A DNA stretch of 43,111 nt from Octopus bimaculoides (taxonomy: Eukaryota): positions 20,806,669 to 20,849,779 of the forward strand of contig NC_069006.1 of the NCBI RefSeq assembly GCF_001194135.2, written 5' to 3'. The notes below the pieces were generated by a model. The model was not told the origin of the DNA. It did no database searches and saw only the letters and a program-made list of their open reading frames with translations. Positions 22,575 through 33,340 of the stretch are shown here, piece by piece. The translations under genes were made by a program, and so were the position numbers. Position 1 is the stretch's first letter. Each line of letters begins with the position of its first letter.

Positions 22575-22761
22575 AGTGTAGAACGTCTATGAGAAAGTAT
22601 GTACGAGTTAAATGTTTATGAAACTGTGTGTAGAACACATGTAAACTATACGTGTGTTTGTATAGAATATGAAAGGAGTGTGTGTGTATATTGTGTATCA
22701 AGCTGTCTGTATGTGTGTTTAAAGAGAAAATGTTTGTGTTTAGGGTGTGAGCGAGTGCATA

Positions 22762-22793
<32 letters not shown>

Positions 22794-22955
22794 TGGTGTT
22801 AGAAATAGTGTGTACATGCGCTCGAGTGTATGTGTACGATGGGTGTTAGAAAGAGTATGTTTGAGGATGTATAACGAGATAGTGATGTTTATTATGAGAG
22901 AGAGAGAGAGAGAGAGAGAAGTGTTCGTGTAGTTGATGATGTGGATAGTGAATGT

Positions 22956-22989
<34 letters not shown>

Positions 22990-23060
22990 TTACGGAGTTT
23001 ATGAGACATAACTTGAACGTGTGTACGCGCGCGATCTTGTGTGTGTGTGTGTGTGTGTGA
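20740..23060. repeat. GT/GA-rich degenerate microsatellite field
   Basis: Continuous (GT)n, (GA)n, (GATA)n and (TA)n tracts, with C strongly depleted on the + strand. Confidence 0.9.
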
Positions 23061-23135
23061 ATGATTGAATGAAAGCACAAACAATAGGAATGACAATATA
23101 AATGAACGAAATTAGGAAAGAAAATATAGTCTTAC

Positions 23136-23171
23136 CGAAATGAGGAGTTCCACAGACAGACGTAAATCCAT
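23136..23171 (-). CDS. Candidate first coding exon, MDLRLSVELLIS (phase 0), unknown gene
   Basis: Minus strand CACCATGG Kozak context at 23171, 12 codons, then TCG|GTAAGA donor (intron starts at 23135). It sits in an ~140-bp unique island within microsatellite. An alternative upstream ATG at 23193 gives MKLVLKHHGFTSVCGTPHF (phase 1). Confidence 0.35.
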
Positions 23172-23416
23172 GGTGTTTTAGGACAAGCTTCATGATCAAA
23201 CACAACGGACAAGGGGATAATAATGGTAATAATAATAATAATAATAATGGTACACACCACACTACACCAATAAATGTATGTATTTAATATTGATATATAT
23301 ATATATGTGAGTGTGTGTATATTTATGTATATTTATACATACACACACAAGGGTAGATATGTGAGTAAGCGTGTTTTTATTTGTGTATATTATTTATGTG
23401 TGTGTGTGTGTGTGTG

Positions 23417-23460
<44 letters not shown>

Positions 23461-24445
23461 TGTGTGTGTGATGTTTTCTCTTAGTCTATACTCACATCAT
23501 AAACATATATATACACGCTGTTGTTATTTGTGTAGTTGTACTACATAAATGGTTGTTATTATTGTTGTAGGCTGTGGTGGTTGTGGAGTCGGTGTTGTGT
23601 TGTTGTTGCTGCTGCTGTTGATGATGATGGTGGTGGTGGTGGTGGTGGTGATGTTTACGTTGGTAGTGATGGTGTTGGTGTTGTAGTTGGTGGTGGTGGT
23701 GAAGTCGGAAAGTGATGGTGGGTACGATTTAAGTAACGAAGGGTTAATGTTAGAGGTGGTATTGTGTTGTGTTGTATGCAGGCTAATTGTGTGTATTCAG
23801 GTAGAGATGATGTTACTGGTCATGATGATGATGATGATGATGATGATGATGGTGGGGATGATGTTGTTGTTAGTTGTGGCAGCGACGGTGTGCAAGAACA
23901 GGGTGGGATTGACTTAGTTTCCAAATCTCGCAAACAGCCAACCCTCTTTTTAATAACTAACTTGAAAACAAAAACAACGAAAGTCGACTACCAAACGAAG
24001 AGAAAAAGCGAGGGTAAAATAAATACATATACATATATATATATATATAAATATATATGCGTGAGCGATGATAGATAGATAGATAGATTAACAGGAAGGT
24101 GAATGGATAGACACGGTGGTTGACAGACCGACAGAAAGGTGGTTGGTTATGATGGTAAGGTCCGTGTAGATAGGACAGACGTGTTAAACAGTTTAAACAG
24201 ACGTAAATAGGTAGATAGGTAAGATGGCTTGGTGGTTCTTTTGCGGGTCGATATGATAGATAGATAGATAGATAGATAGATAGGTTGATGGATGGTTCGA
24301 ATGGTCGACAGACTAACAGACAGACATAAACACACGGGTTATTTATATATATTCTTCTATATACATAATAGTTAGTAGTCGAATATGAACGAGTGTTTAT
24401 AGGGTACACATACCTCCATACACAACACACACACACATATATATA

Positions 24446-24491
<46 letters not shown>

Positions 24492-24840
24492 CACACGATA
24501 TAATGGGCGTACGTTGCTATTTGTTTATTTATGTATATGCATGTGTATGTGTGTGTTTATATGTGATTGAGTATGCGTTAATTGTTTAGCATAGTATTAA
24601 TAGTATATATGTTTATATATATATATATTTATATATAGTTTATATAGTAGGGTATCGGCGTGTGTGTGTGTGTGGTTAGTTAGATAGTTATGTAGTATAG
24701 TACATGGCGAGTGTGCGGTGTGGTTGTAGTGTGTGTAGGAAAAGAAACACACAGGGGGAAAAAAAAAACAACAATATGTAATAATAATAATAATGATAAT
24801 GATAATAATAATAATATAATAATGATAATAAAAAAAAAAC

Positions 24841-24931
24841 TAACGTTCGTATGACTTCCCTGTCACACTAGGCATGCCGCTTTTTGAGCTAGCACCAGCA
24901 TCGCCGTGTAAGCCGGCACTGTCAGACTGTC
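24841..24931. promoter_or_regulatory. High-complexity, CpG-containing island at a compositional switch; candidate core promoter or enhancer
   Basis: TAACGTTCGTATGACTTCCCTGTCAC...GCATCGCCGTGTAAGCCGGCACTGTCAGACTGTC, with two CTGTCA motifs and low-complexity DNA on both sides. Confidence 0.25.
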
Positions 24932-25833
24932 TCCCTCTCTCCCTCTAACTCACACCAACCCCCTTTTACTTAATCATTTACATATACCGCCTCCTACCCC
25001 GTCTATGCATCTATGCTTTCCTATCTCGCCTTCTTTTCACTTCCTCCCCTTCCTTATTCACCCATTCCTTCTTATACTCTCTCTATCTTTTCCTCTTTCA
25101 CATTACCCCTCTCACTGACTTGTTCACAAATACTTTTTTCTTCTTCCCTCACACTACGGACTATCTTTCTCTACCTTTCTCTCAACTCCTCCCACTTCCT
25201 CGTTCATCTCTCTCATCAAATCTATCTCTCTATCTAGACCCCCCTATTACCCATACTCTCTCATTCTTTCTCTCTCCCTCCCTCCGTGTGTAAGTGTCTT
25301 TCGCACATCCTCCTACTCCTTCACTTTTTCTACCTACTCCTACCATCTCCATATTTTATCTCTAACTATTACCAATCTCTCTCCCTCTCTTACACACGTT
25401 CTCTCACTCCCTCTGTATGCATATCTATCTCTATCACCTCCTCCACCTACCACTTTGCTCACTCCTTCCCTAGTAACTTCTTCCTATCCCTCTTTTTCTC
25501 TCTCTCTCTCTCCTCACGCCTTTCTTACACACACGCACGCACACACATGTATACATTCTCAAACGCCTTCAATTCTTTCCCTCCCTTTACAAATATACAC
25601 CTTTCGTTATCCCTTAACTACACTCTTTCTCCCCTTCATCCTCCTACTTCCTCACTCATCTCTTTCAATAGTCCCTGCTTCCTTGGTTCATTCGTTCGCT
25701 AATTCGTTCGTTCGTTCGTTCAGTAAGATCTCACACAAACTCATACAAATTCTTTTTTCTCCCCCCCACCCATCGGTCCATTAATCTCCAGTGTGTGCAT
25801 GTTGTGAGGCAGAGTTAGTTTGTGAATATGTCT

Positions 25834-25886
<53 letters not shown>

Positions 25887-26259
25887 NNNNNNNNNNNNNN
25901 NNNNNNNNNNNNNNNNNNNNNNNNNNNNNNNNNNNNNNNNNNNNNNNNNNNNNNNNNNNNNNNNNNNNNNNNNNNNNNNNNNNNNNNNNNNNNNNNNNNN
26001 NNNNNNNNNNNNNNNNNNNNNNNNNNNNNNNNNNNNNNNNNNNNNNNNNNNNNNNNNNNNNNNNNNNNNNNNNNNNNNNNNNNNNNNNNNNNNNNNNNNN
26101 NNNNNNNNNNNNNNNNNNNNNNNNNNNNNNNNNNNNNNNNNNNNNNNNNNNNNNNNNNNNNNNNNNNNNNNNNNNNNNNNNNNNNNNNNNNNNNNNNNNN
26201 NNNNNNNNNATATATATGTATATATAATATATATATATATAGAGAGAGAGAGAGATAAG

Positions 26260-26291
<32 letters not shown>

Positions 26292-26568
26292 AGTATGTGT
26301 GTATGTATGTATATGTGTGTGTGTGTGTATTTGTGTTTCTCGTGGTCTAACTCAAAACTTCCACTCTCTCACGCTCTTACTCTCTTCTTAAATAAGGTAC
26401 ACTCACATCCTCTCCCTGGATGTTTCTATCTATCGTCTGCGTCTCTCTTAACCCTCTTGCCATCTCTCCCTCTCTCTCTCCTTCTACACACACACACACA
26501 CACACATCTGTTTTACTCTGCCAGTGGCTTCTGCCTCCTCTCTCATTCAGTTTTGTTCGTTCGCTGTG

Positions 26569-26616
<48 letters not shown>

Positions 26617-26747
26617 AGCCTCTGTCTTCCGTCGGTCGGTCTTCAATCGGTGCGTGAGTGATTTCCAAGAGAAGATCGGCTGTCCGACTCTCACTCAAGC
26701 ACACAGACAGACTCTCACTCCATTTCCGTCCCACTCCTTCATTATCA

Positions 26748-26815
<68 letters not shown>

Positions 26816-26900
26816 TTCTCTCTTCCACTTTTCTTTCTCTCCTATCTCTCTCTCTCTTCTCCCCCCTCTCTCTCTCATGCTATCTGTTCCTTTTTTTCTC
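24932..26900. repeat. CT/CA-rich polypyrimidine field (includes a gap)
   Basis: (CT)n, (CA)n and (TCTA)n tracts, with G depleted on the + strand. Confidence 0.85.
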
Positions 26901-27224
26901 TTTCACTCAGTGGTTTTCGTCTTCTTCATCCGTCCTTGCTTTGGTACAACGATAGAAAGTCTGTAATACTTACAGAAAACGCGAATACAAGTCTCGCCTT
27001 CGACCCTTTCTATCGAATATTTACTCAGAATTAATTATAGCTTTATCTATTTCGAGTTCTAGTGTTAAAAACGAATTATTTTATTCTCTCGATGTTTCAT
27101 AATTCTTATGGCGTAAACAATCACATACACACGCACGCGCACACAGAAGGGAAAGAAAACGTGTTTGACACTTAAACTTTATAAAACAATACACGCGTTT
27201 CAGTAAACCGACAAGATTACACGT

Positions 27225-27386
27225 TCGTTTGGTGAAATTCTATTATCTTATCGCGTTACCTCATCAGTGTTTCAGCACAAAGTATAGCAAACTTAACATT
27301 ATAATTCGTGTTTTCTTTTCTTTTTTTTTTCTTTGTCAAAATACCGATGAGGTGAATCGATAAGATTATATAATTTTATCAAACGA
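27225..27386. other. Long imperfect inverted repeat (foldback)
   Basis: 27225-27265 pairs ungapped with 27346-27386 (34 Watson-Crick, 3 G-T, 4 mismatches). The stem extends imperfectly to ACAAAG (27277-27282) / CTTTGT (27331-27336). Confidence 0.85.
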
Positions 27387-27612
27387 TTGAGCTACGTGTG
27401 AAATTCACCAACAAGTTTCGCTACTTCTACTCAATCGCTTATCAATATCATTATGCCTACCCACAACAGAACTCCAGTACCCTTTCAGTAATCTCTTTGA
27501 AGTCTCCATGTAGTCTGAATGTGTACTCCAATAATGCCAAGGATTTCATAATCCGAGAAACGTAAACATTCCAGACTATTTAACCAACAAAACGTAAAGG
27601 TAAGCTGTTACT

Positions 27613-27853
27613 CCGTGGTTCTTACCGAGGTCCATATAAGTTTTTTTTTTTGTTTTGCTGAAATTTATGTGCAATAATTTGTTCATAATTCTACAATATA
27701 CCAAATATTTTAACAAAATTATACAATTCCTAATAATATTTAATAATAAAAAATGCAACAGGGACTTTTTAAACATCGGACAACTATAAAGGACCATTCG
27801 AATAAAATAGGAATCAAAGGGGTCCATAAGCAAATAATGGTCGAGAACCACTC
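27613..27853. mobile_element. Decayed hAT/Charlie-type MITE
   Basis: Ends CCGTGGTTCTTACC and GGTCGAGAACCACTC share GTGGTTCT. The 8-bp flanks CTGTTACT / CTTTAACT match 6/8. Subterminal GGTCCATA occurs near both ends. Confidence 0.55.
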
Positions 27854-28642
27854 CTTTAACTGCTTGACGAACGTGAGGGACGTTATGACAGGTAACTAGG
27901 TCCTGAAATGAATAATATATAAAAAAAAAAAAACGGTCAATATGTCAAAATATGTCAAAAGAATTTTATGCACAGTTAAATGAACAGTTTCGTCAAAATT
28001 AAGTTGCATGATAACTGCTCTGCTTAAATAAACATATATATAACCTGTTCATTTTATGCAAATCTCAATACCTGATTTATCGAGCTGTTGTGTCGATCTA
28101 TGATGATAGACAAATGTATAGAGCATAAGTCAGAATATACCTGAGCAGCGTCAGTAGTTAGTATTGAAACAAAATCATGCAAAAGAACAACGCAACATTA
28201 TTAAGCTTTATGTTTTATATGGAATATTATAATATTAACAACTTTAATATCAGCTGGTCTTTTATTGCACTTCAGCAACATTTGCAACCATTACTTGAAA
28301 GAATGTGACTTCTGTATTGACCAGAAATACTTCGTCTCCCATCAAAACCGTCGATCAGAAGATCAGAGCTGATTTCGAAGTGCGAGCATAAGAACAAGTT
28401 ATAATTTTTCAATCTCGATGCATTTACCGAGCCAGATTACATGTAAATATCAAAACAACAACAACAACAGCAGCAGCAGCAATAGCGGCAACAACATCAG
28501 GAAAGCTGTAATATCAATGACCAGTTTATTCCAAGCAATATTTGTTGACCATAAGTGAGGGAGGGTGTTATGATGTTCGATGCTGTTCGCATATCGTTGT
28601 TCTGTTAATATCTTTTTAGAAGCCAGGTATTTTATATCTTAC

Positions 28643-29038
28643 GTGGCTTTGCGGTAAGATGTCTGGTTCCGGTTTCAGGCCCGCTACGTGGCACCTTGGG
28701 CAAGTGTCGTCTACTATAGCCACGGGCCAACCAAAGACTTGTGAATGGATTTGGTAGACGGAAACTGGAAGAAGCCCGTCGTATATGTATATATATATGT
28801 ACATGTATGTGTGTATATATGTTTGTGTGTCTGTGTTTGCCCCCCCCCCCAACATCGTTTGACGACCGATGCTGGTGTGTTTACGTCCCCGTAACCTAGC
28901 GGTTCGGCAAAGGAGACCGATAGAATAAGTGCTAGGCTTTAAAAAGATTAAGCTCTGGGGTCGATTTGCTCGACTATAAAGGCAGTGCTCCAGCGTGACC
29001 GCAGTCAAATGACTGAAACAAGTAAAAGAGTAAAAGAG
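28643..29038 (+). mobile_element. SINE family C, near full length
   Basis: CGTGGCACCTTGGGCAAGTGTCGTCTACTATAGCC (CORE-like), a microsatellite spacer, and tail ending GCAGTCAAATGACTGAAACAAGTAAAAGAGTAAAAGAG. Confidence 0.9.
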
Positions 29039-29062
29039 CATACACACACGCACACACACACA

Positions 29063-29128
<66 letters not shown>

Positions 29129-29462
29129 AGAGAGAGAGAGAGAGTATGTACATGTAAAAATTCCGTCCAATGACGTAATAGTGTAATAGGTAATATGTGT
29201 GTGTCTTTGTGTAAGTATGTAAGTATGTATGTATGTATGTATGTATGCCTGTATGTATGTATACTGCGAATATATGTATATATATATACGAATGTATAGA
29301 GACCTCAAAGATAGATGTTGATATTTTTTTTTGTTTTCGTCTTTCTGAGAAACCACTGCCTCCAAAAATAGCAACTATTTTTGGTTAACAGGGCATCTAT
29401 CTCTTTGCCCTCTTTGCATAGAACAAAAAAGGGGCCCCTACACACACACACACACACACACA

Positions 29463-29529
<67 letters not shown>

Positions 29530-29739
29530 TCTCTCCGCCGTATGTGTTCTTATTCGTTCTCTTTGTTCTTTGTCGTTATTGTTGCTTATATTTTTCTTGA
29601 TGTTTTTTTAAAATGTTTTTAGCCTTTATTTATTCTGCTGCCCTTGTGGCAAAGAAAGAAACCATTTTCTTTCTTCAAATTCACGCATTCAAACCCGACA
29701 GGCGCCACTTACTCATCATTCTTATCTAAATTTCTTCTT

Positions 29740-30124
29740 TATCTTTTCTTTTTATATAATTCGTCTTTTTTTGTGTGTTTCTTTTGTTTGTCTCTATCAT
29801 TCTTTCTTTCTTTCTTTCATTCTTGCAGGTTTTTTCCTTCCTTCTATCATTGTTTCTTCTCTATTCCAGTCAATCTGTTTTTCTTCTTTCCCTTCTTCTT
29901 TTCCTTCTAGATTTCTTCCCATTCTTTCATCCTCTTTTCGTTCCTTTCATCTTTTATTTCTTCTTGCCTTCTTTCTCTTCTTTCTTTCCTTCTTTCTTTA
30001 TTTCTTTTCTTCCTTCCCTCCTTCCCTTCTTTCATTCTTCTTTCTTTCTTTATTTCTTTCTTTCTTTCTTTCTCTCTGCCTTTCTTAATTCTTTTGTCCT
30101 TCCTTCTTGTTTTCTTTCATGGTC

Positions 30125-30171
<47 letters not shown>

Positions 30172-30909
30172 TTTCTTCCTTTCTTTCTTTCCTGCTTTCT
30201 CTCTTCGTTCTTTGGTTGTTTCTTTCTTTTCCTCTTCCTTCCTTCCTTCCTTCCTTTTTTTCTCTTTCTTTCCCTAACCCTCAACACTTGTTTTATATTC
30301 TTATAATCCCAATCGGAAAGTGCCATTGCTTACAACTTCCCAAAAAAGGCGAATGAATCAGTGGCACACTTTTTTTCTGGCTGAAGCTTGGGAGTGTCTG
30401 CAACTCAGTGCAGAGTGAATATCTCCAGAAGAATTCTCTCAAGGAAAGAGAATCTTTCAGTTTACTTCCTGACATTTATCTACCTCTCTAAATACATACA
30501 TACATGCATACATGCATACATACATACATACATACATGTATACGTGCATACATACATACATGCATACATGCATACATACATACATATAATATATATTATA
30601 TCTTTCGTTCATTCTTTCTTTCATTTTATTCAATCATCATTCATCTCTACCTTCTTTCATTCATTCATTCATTCATTCAATCAACCATTCATTCAATCAT
30701 TCATTCATTCATTTAATCATTCATTCATTCATTCAATCAACCATTCAATCAATCAATCATTCATTCTTTCTTTCTTTCTTTCATTCATTCATTCATTCTT
30801 TCTTTCTTTCATTCATTCTTTCTTTCATTCATTCTTTCTTTCTTTCTTTCTTTCTTCGCTTCTTTATTTCATTCATTACTTCTTTCTTGTGTTTGCCTAC
30901 TTTAACAAG

Positions 30910-30960
<51 letters not shown>
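29740..30960. repeat. (TTTC)n/(TTCA)n/(CATA)n low-complexity field
   Basis: Tetranucleotide tracts; source of the Phe/Ser/Leu-rich pseudo-ORFs. Confidence 0.9.
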
Positions 30961-30963
<3 letters not shown>

Positions 30964-31314
30964 NNNNNNNNNNNNNNNNNNNNNNNNNNNNNNNNNNNNN
31001 NNNNNNNNNNNNNNNNNNNNNNNNNNNNNNNNNNNNNNNNNNNNNNNNNNNNNNNNNNNNNNNNNNNNNNNNNNNNNNNNNNNNNNNNNNNNNNNNNNNN
31101 NNNNNNNNNNNNNNNNNNNNNNNNNNNNNNNNNNNNNNNNNNNNNNNNNNNNNNNNNNNNNNNNNNNNNNNNNNNNNNNNNNNNNNNNNNNNNNNNNNNN
31201 NNNNNNNNNNNNNNNNNNNNNNNNNNNNNNNNNNNNNNNNNNNNNNNNNNNNNNNNNNNNNNNNNNNNNNNNNNNNNNNNNNNNNNNNNNNNNNNNNNNN
31301 NNNNNNNNNNNNNN

Positions 31315-31353
<39 letters not shown>

Positions 31354-31789
31354 CTCTCTTTCTCGATTACATCATATCTTTCTCTTTGTCTTTTTCCCCA
31401 ATCCTTTCTCTTTCATTCTTAAAAAAAAAGAAATAAAACAAAAGAGACAGAAAAAATAAATAACAAACAAACAAAACAAACTATTTCTTCCTACTTTAAA
31501 CTATCACAGAAAGAACTCGGCAACATTTGACCTCGTTGCCGCATAATTAAAGGTCAGATTCTAAATAACGCACCATTTTTATTTTCTTTCTTTCGGCGTC
31601 GGATAAAAACAAAAACAAAAACAAAAACAAAAAAAAATAAATAAAAACGATAGGGTCGGTGGAGAACATAGATAGGGAAAGACTCGTGATTCTGTAGCCG
31701 AAGACACGCATTTTACGGCATGGAATGAATTTGCTTATCAAAGCCGAAACCGATTCTTCACACAATGTTTCTTTTTGATGTGAAATATT

Positions 31790-31925
31790 TCGAATCGTTT
31801 AGGCGTCGGACAAAATGTTTTGTACTGTTTACTTTATTGCTTCTGATTCTTTATGTTCTGGGTTCGATTCCCGCCCATGTCAGCTTTGTCTTTCATGTTT
31901 TTCAGGTCGATTAAAATGAAGTACG
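31790..31925 (+). mobile_element. SINE family A, diverged and 3'-truncated
   Basis: GAATCGTTTAGGCGTCGGACAAAATG...GGGTTCGATTCCCG (B box)...TTTCATG...GGTCGATTAAAATGAAGTAC. Confidence 0.65.
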
Positions 31926-31990
31926 TCAAAATGATTTGTGATATATATGTCTTCTAGTTCTTAATGTTCTGAGTTCGATTCTTGCCTATA

Positions 31991-32367
31991 CTCTCTTTTT
32001 ACTCTTTTACTTGTTTCAGTCATTTGACTGCGGCCATGCTGGAGCACTGCATTTTGTCGAGCAAATTGACCCCCAGGACTAATTCTTTGTAAGCCTAGTA
32101 CTTATTCTATAGTACTCTTTTGCCGAACCGCTAAGTTACGGGGACGTAACTTACGGGGACGTAACTTACGGGGACGTAACTTACGGGGACGTAACACCAG
32201 CATCGGTTGTCAAGCGATGCTGGGAGACAAACACAGACACACAAACATATACACACATACATACATACATACATATATACGACGGGCTTCTTTAAGTTTC
32301 CGTCTACCAAATCCACTCACAAGGCTTTGGTTGGCTCGAGGCTATAGTAGAAGACACTGAACCATGT
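31991..32367 (-). mobile_element. SINE family C with head mostly deleted and an internal 4x15-bp tandem expansion
   Basis: Reverse complement of 28700-29038. TTACGGGGACGTAAC occurs four times at 32136-32195. Confidence 0.9.
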
Positions 32368-32513
32368 ATCATTCATTATGTTCCCTTTTTGATCTTTAAA
32401 AAAAAAATTCTCATCTGAGGCAAACCCCATAAAAACCAGAAGCTCTATTCTAACCTGAAACACGAAGGATCTGGTGACATATAAGACGGTCGCAACGTCA
32501 GAAACCTTGTGGA

Positions 32514-32532
32514 TGGCGGCCAGGTGGCGAGA
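32514..32532 (+). promoter_or_regulatory. Second, weaker CTCF-like motif
   Basis: TGGCGGCCAGGTGGCGAGA matches the CCAGRKGGCR core but has mismatches in the flanks. Confidence 0.3.
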
Positions 32533-32716
32533 ATAGCATACCGTTTAATCGTCTGCGTTAGATGCAAAGCTTCCATACCGGGGCTCAAACAGAGAAGATA
32601 CCTAGATTCAGTTTGGGGTCACTTATGGCTTTTAAAAGTTTTTTTTCTTCTCAAATAGCTGACACACCTTGTAAATATACGTGCATATATGTGTATACAT
32701 ACATACATACATACAT

Positions 32717-32978
32717 GTGAAGGCACGTGACCTAATGGTAAGAATGTTGCACTTACGATCACTAAACCGTGGGTTCCAATTCACTCAGCTGTAAATCGTT
32801 CACCCCCGACATGGATCAGCAGTCCGATCAGGGGTGGGGTTAGGGTTAGGGTTAGGGTTGGCCTGCTCGCTTAGCCAGAAGGGGGGAATCGTACGAATGC
32901 TAAAACACCGCAAAGCGCGTTGGGACCAGCGATGTATAACAGCATCTGATAGTCTAGTCGATTACGTGATCACGTGAT
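32717..32978 (+). mobile_element. tRNA-Arg(ACG)-like SINE (family E), internally deleted, with a TTAGGG tract
   Basis: A box TGACCTAATGG, anticodon-like CTTACGATC, B-box-like GGGTTCCAATTC, and 3' tandem ACGTGATCACGTGAT tail. Confidence 0.65.
32831..32861 (+). repeat. Telomere-type (TTAGGG)3 within a G-quadruplex-capable tract
   Basis: GGGGTGGGGTTAGGGTTAGGGTTAGGGTTGG has five runs of three or more G. Confidence 0.85.
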
Positions 32979-33179
32979 ATAATTCACCCATCCATACAAA
33001 CATACATACATCCGCACATCCATTCGTACGTACGTACGTACATCTATCCATCCATATATCTATCTATAAATACGAACGTACGTCCACCCATCCATCTATC
33101 CATCCATCCATCCATAAATACATACATACATGCATACATACATGCATACATACATACATACATACGTATACACGCGACA

Positions 33180-33340
33180 GCAGCTTTTCCGCAGTTCCCA
33201 TACACAAATTTCACTCTCCGAGACTTCGGTCGGCCTGGGGGCTACAGTAAAACGATACCTGCCCCAGGTGCCACTCGGTGATACCGAACCCGAAGCAACA
33301 TGTTTGAGAAGGAGGCTTCTTAACCACACAATGAAGCCTA
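33180..33340 (-). mobile_element. SINE family C 5' half, old and diverged
   Basis: GGCTACAGTAAAACGATACCTGCCCCAGGTGCCAC...GAACCCGAAGCAACATG...GGCTTCTTAACCACAC. Confidence 0.65.

Noticed and set aside
31518-31556. CGGCAAC/GTTGCCG hairpin and TGACCT...AGGTCA half-sites
   Set aside because: Too short to separate from chance, and the spacing is atypical for nuclear-receptor elements.
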